Of a DNA stretch of 35,277 bases, positions 34,001 to 35,277 are shown one piece after another. The stretch lies in the IMG/VR virus record IMGVR_UViG_3300031578_000178, positions 1-35,277 of that record, one strand, 5' to 3'. A model generated the notes under the pieces. It ran no database searches. It was not told the origin of the DNA and saw nothing but the letters and a program-made list of their open reading frames with translations. The stretch comes from a virus (Duplodnaviria; Caudoviricetes). The position numbers and the translations under genes are program-made. Each line of letters opens with the position of its first letter. The stretch's first letter is position 1.

Positions 34001-35277
34001 GTTCCAAAACCTATATCCGTTCTTGAGCAAATATAATGCATTCTTCCAGAAATTCGTTGACCAATTATTAAGTGCAACAATTATATTAAGAAGAAGCGGA
34101 TTATTAATTAGAAATAGTGTATTTACTAAACAGAAACATTGGTATAAGAGAGGTGTGAATGTTGCAAGTGGTACTACTGAATACGATATGAGAGGTAATT
34201 CATTGGTTCAATTTTTTGGTGATGACGGCAGTAAATTCCAAATCATTCAAGGAACAATAGCACCCCCACCACCCCCACCAACGCAATTGTATGTCGAAAC
34301 AACAGAGGGTGAATTGGGTAGTCTCACAACTGGTGGTAAAAATATTATCGGATTTGCTGAATTTAATGAATATGGTGTTCAATATAGATTTTTAGATGGC
34401 AGTGATTGGATGCCGTGGCAAACATCATCAAAGACAATCCCACCTAATCCCGCACTTACTGTTAATTATTTTAGTGTAACATTAAGTGATGTGCTTGAAG
34501 ATACTGATTATGAGTATCGTGCATTTGTTAAATCACCGTCAACAGGTTTTACTGGAAACACATTATCAATACACATACCACCCCCACCACCAATACCAAC
34601 TGTTACTACAAAAGAGGGGGATGTGGAATACCATTATGTTGATGATGTTTATAGGGGTAAAGTTGAGGATGCTGGTTTGATAACAGATAATTATGAAGAG
34701 GTTGAATTTTATGCGGTTCAATATAGAAAAGCTGATGGTAGTGATTGGTATGAGTGGGTATTCGAACCCTCACCACCAGCAGACGGACCGCTTGGAGGTA
34801 ATGTTGAGGAAATATCGATTTATAATTTAGACCCAGAAACCGTATATCAATATCAAGCATATATGGTTATTGGTGGAGAAGTTTATCTTGGCAATATAAT
34901 TGAAATTATAACACCTACTGAACCCGGGGTTGCTCCAAGTGGTGTTGATACAGGTGATGCCGATACTGTAACATCAAGTAGTTTTCAGGTAAGTGATAAT
35001 TCTTTTGATAATAAAGGAAATCCCCCAACAATCACAGTATATGGTATTTTGTGGACAACAAATTCTTCATTGGGTACGGCTGCAAATCTAAAGTTTGTTG
35101 ATAACACAATGGTAATGCCTATGGGTGTTTACAAGGATTCTGATAATGGTGATGTAAGTGGTACGGGATGGGATAATGACGCAACTCTTCTTCCTGCAAG
35201 TACAACAACATATTTTAGGGCATTTGCGAAAAACGCAACTGGTTTTGGATATGGTGATGTTAAAACACAAGCAACAA
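31086..35277 (+). CDS. Large baseplate wedge-like protein (gp7 / P2 gpI-like core) with C-terminal FN3-like domains; GTG start, 3'-truncated (>1397 codons)
   Basis: Not in the ORF track. Reads MAKVKVVKTNLNG... with no stop found to the window end; IPDQVIKNMANTFGW and LWRRI...YFWKSKGTRQAI resemble the gpI/gp7 wedge signature; poly-Pro linkers; LEDTDYEYRAFV, LDPETVYQYQAY and LPASTTTYFRAFAKN are FN3-type strands. Confidence 0.8.
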   Translation, partial: MAKVKVVKTNLNGNLNGDYFNDTPSNTIFSFGKFFVTTNFDNKVTINYTDSLSSFVRPVTLETMGVSETQSEIIQLYTTNAVLNLDKSDLNTFVRYGSAYEFLRVSIQNIILAYPGSLFCNSQIDAGGNPTYEELSYDVINNVSTFYVPTAYTTNTFGLVFNAGNTSVPDDNELKNLNTSYENYVIWSSLEPDTLFKIIGYTGNTINVANTNPSGITKNYLRLQVTGNPFAKMGTGSTANLDYHIRPNNVVFEEFRALRNAYEKNIVSQRDGTNGFVFTLKDPTLLEDGKIVYADSLMLWTTGDKYNIDISNSAYQKFLKIVLTIGVKYDKIKTDLIARFLTPASLKTYDLTEEGKTSKLLRVYGREFDQIRQFIDSLVNINKVTYDKLNNIPDQVIKNMANTFGWDYFSLIKESELVESFLTVDDTERNLNENLLPAEIDVELWRRIINNTSYFWKSKGTRQAIKSMFLLIGIPEPFINITEYVYTVDGKINPNTVPLTQDDFPSNSLPYDTSGYPVAPLETNDFFFQLSGNTDSGQAYLDVFRSAGFNLKQTPDNKKSWIQTGATTRVHYSTPQYYQEDSKLVINTKEVDIALDTARGIEYDVYEYIQKDFAANSSGYTLPYSYVNISLGVGASQTTFPLPAKTQGDFEVRYNGILLNAPKTGTTTGITYQADYSVDYNANTFTLLTGTAINSGNRRDVIQATYVYSGGTAVTGITIQYIVTRVKAQLSGTYVPLPSYPRGDVQVTINGIALTKGTSQFVADYILDPANSTGGTNQIIIQNPDVISYLNANPDIQISYMEVQGSNDINLRSEVIRVDSFSSSKIYFNNSANKYVYKLNYKVNQASDVKFLIDGIALEPITDYNINVQNPYEVFLPKGIRFGTVISAYYLVGGSGAFDPVVNDAFGLGDISQLSFLEFIELIQRKMINARNRKTVTDFKGGWYPTLLAIYETYLKRALLPDSNPLQSNGYTFQNLYPFLSKYNAFFQKFVDQLLSATIILRRSGLLIRNSVFTKQKHWYKRGVNVASGTTEYDMRGNSLVQFFGDDGSKFQIIQGTIAPPPPPPTQLYVETTEGELGSLTTGGKNIIGFAEFNEYGVQYRFLDGSDWMPWQTSSKTIPPNPALTVNYFSVTLSDVLEDTDYEYRAFVKSPSTGFTGNTLSIHIPPPPPIPTVTTKEGDVEYHYVDDVYRGKVEDAGLITDNYEEVEFYAVQYRKADGSDWYEWVFEPSPPADGPLGGNVEEISIYNLDPETVYQYQAYMVIGGEVYLGNIIEIITPTEPGVAPSGVDTGDADTVTSSSFQVSDNSFDNKGNPPTITVYGILWTTNSSLGTAANLKFVDNTMVMPMGVYKDSDNGDVSGTGWDNDATLLPASTTTYFRAFAKNATGFGYGDVKTQAT

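Larger units (their letters stand above)
1..35277 (+). mobile_element. Segment of a large tailed (contractile-tail) bacteriophage genome, probably Bacteroidota-infecting
   Basis: Baseplate gp25/gp6-like genes, tail fibre, family-B polymerase, SNF2 helicase, single-strand dense gene packing, phage-specific intergenic motif, no cellular housekeeping genes. No integrase or att site in the window. Confidence 0.9.

Noticed and set aside
437-35270. Short minus-strand and alternate-frame ORFs in the track (e.g. 13333-13749, 14704-15015, 22638-22967, 32610-35270 set)
   Set aside because: They overlap longer, motif-bearing + strand genes and show no protein-like motifs; those past 32 kb are shadows of the unlisted 31086 gene.
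1-35277. tRNA, rRNA or other structured ncRNA genes
   Set aside because: Intergenic gaps are short and explained by terminators and promoter motifs; no cloverleaf or T-loop consensus noticed. A tRNAscan/Infernal run would be needed to be sure.

Overview
All plausible genes lie on the + strand in an AT-rich, densely packed segment of a large, probably jumbo-class, myovirus-like phage. The host is likely Bacteroidota: a TTG-N19-TAnnTTTG promoter precedes the replication genes, and starts are A-rich with no Shine-Dalgarno. Standard code 11 fits. Layout: (1) tail-fibre and structural accessory genes (1-5777); (2) a SNF2 helicase and family-B DNA polymerase behind a host-type promoter (5825-11646); (3) a block of enzyme-like and acidic proteins behind a phage-specific GTATTTAT motif (11680-22992); (4) a glycosyltransferase and unknown genes (23125-26432); (5) baseplate genes (gp25-like, gp6/J-like) and a >1397-codon GTG-start wedge/FN3 gene that the ORF track missed. 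The most striking element is a 1699-aa multi-enzyme protein (15482-20581). It carries three kinase-like domains, a probable ADP-ribosyltransferase, a CCA-adding-type nucleotidyltransferase and a 2H phosphoesterase, with (I/L/V)-x-E motifs at the domain junctions. A HAD phosphatase follows, and Nudix, WYL and ParB/ART-like genes flank it. My working hypothesis is a late-expressed, virion-packaged, protease-processed polyprotein providing tRNA 3'-end repair and host take-over or counter-defence. All domain calls come from reading motifs by eye; no database searches were run.
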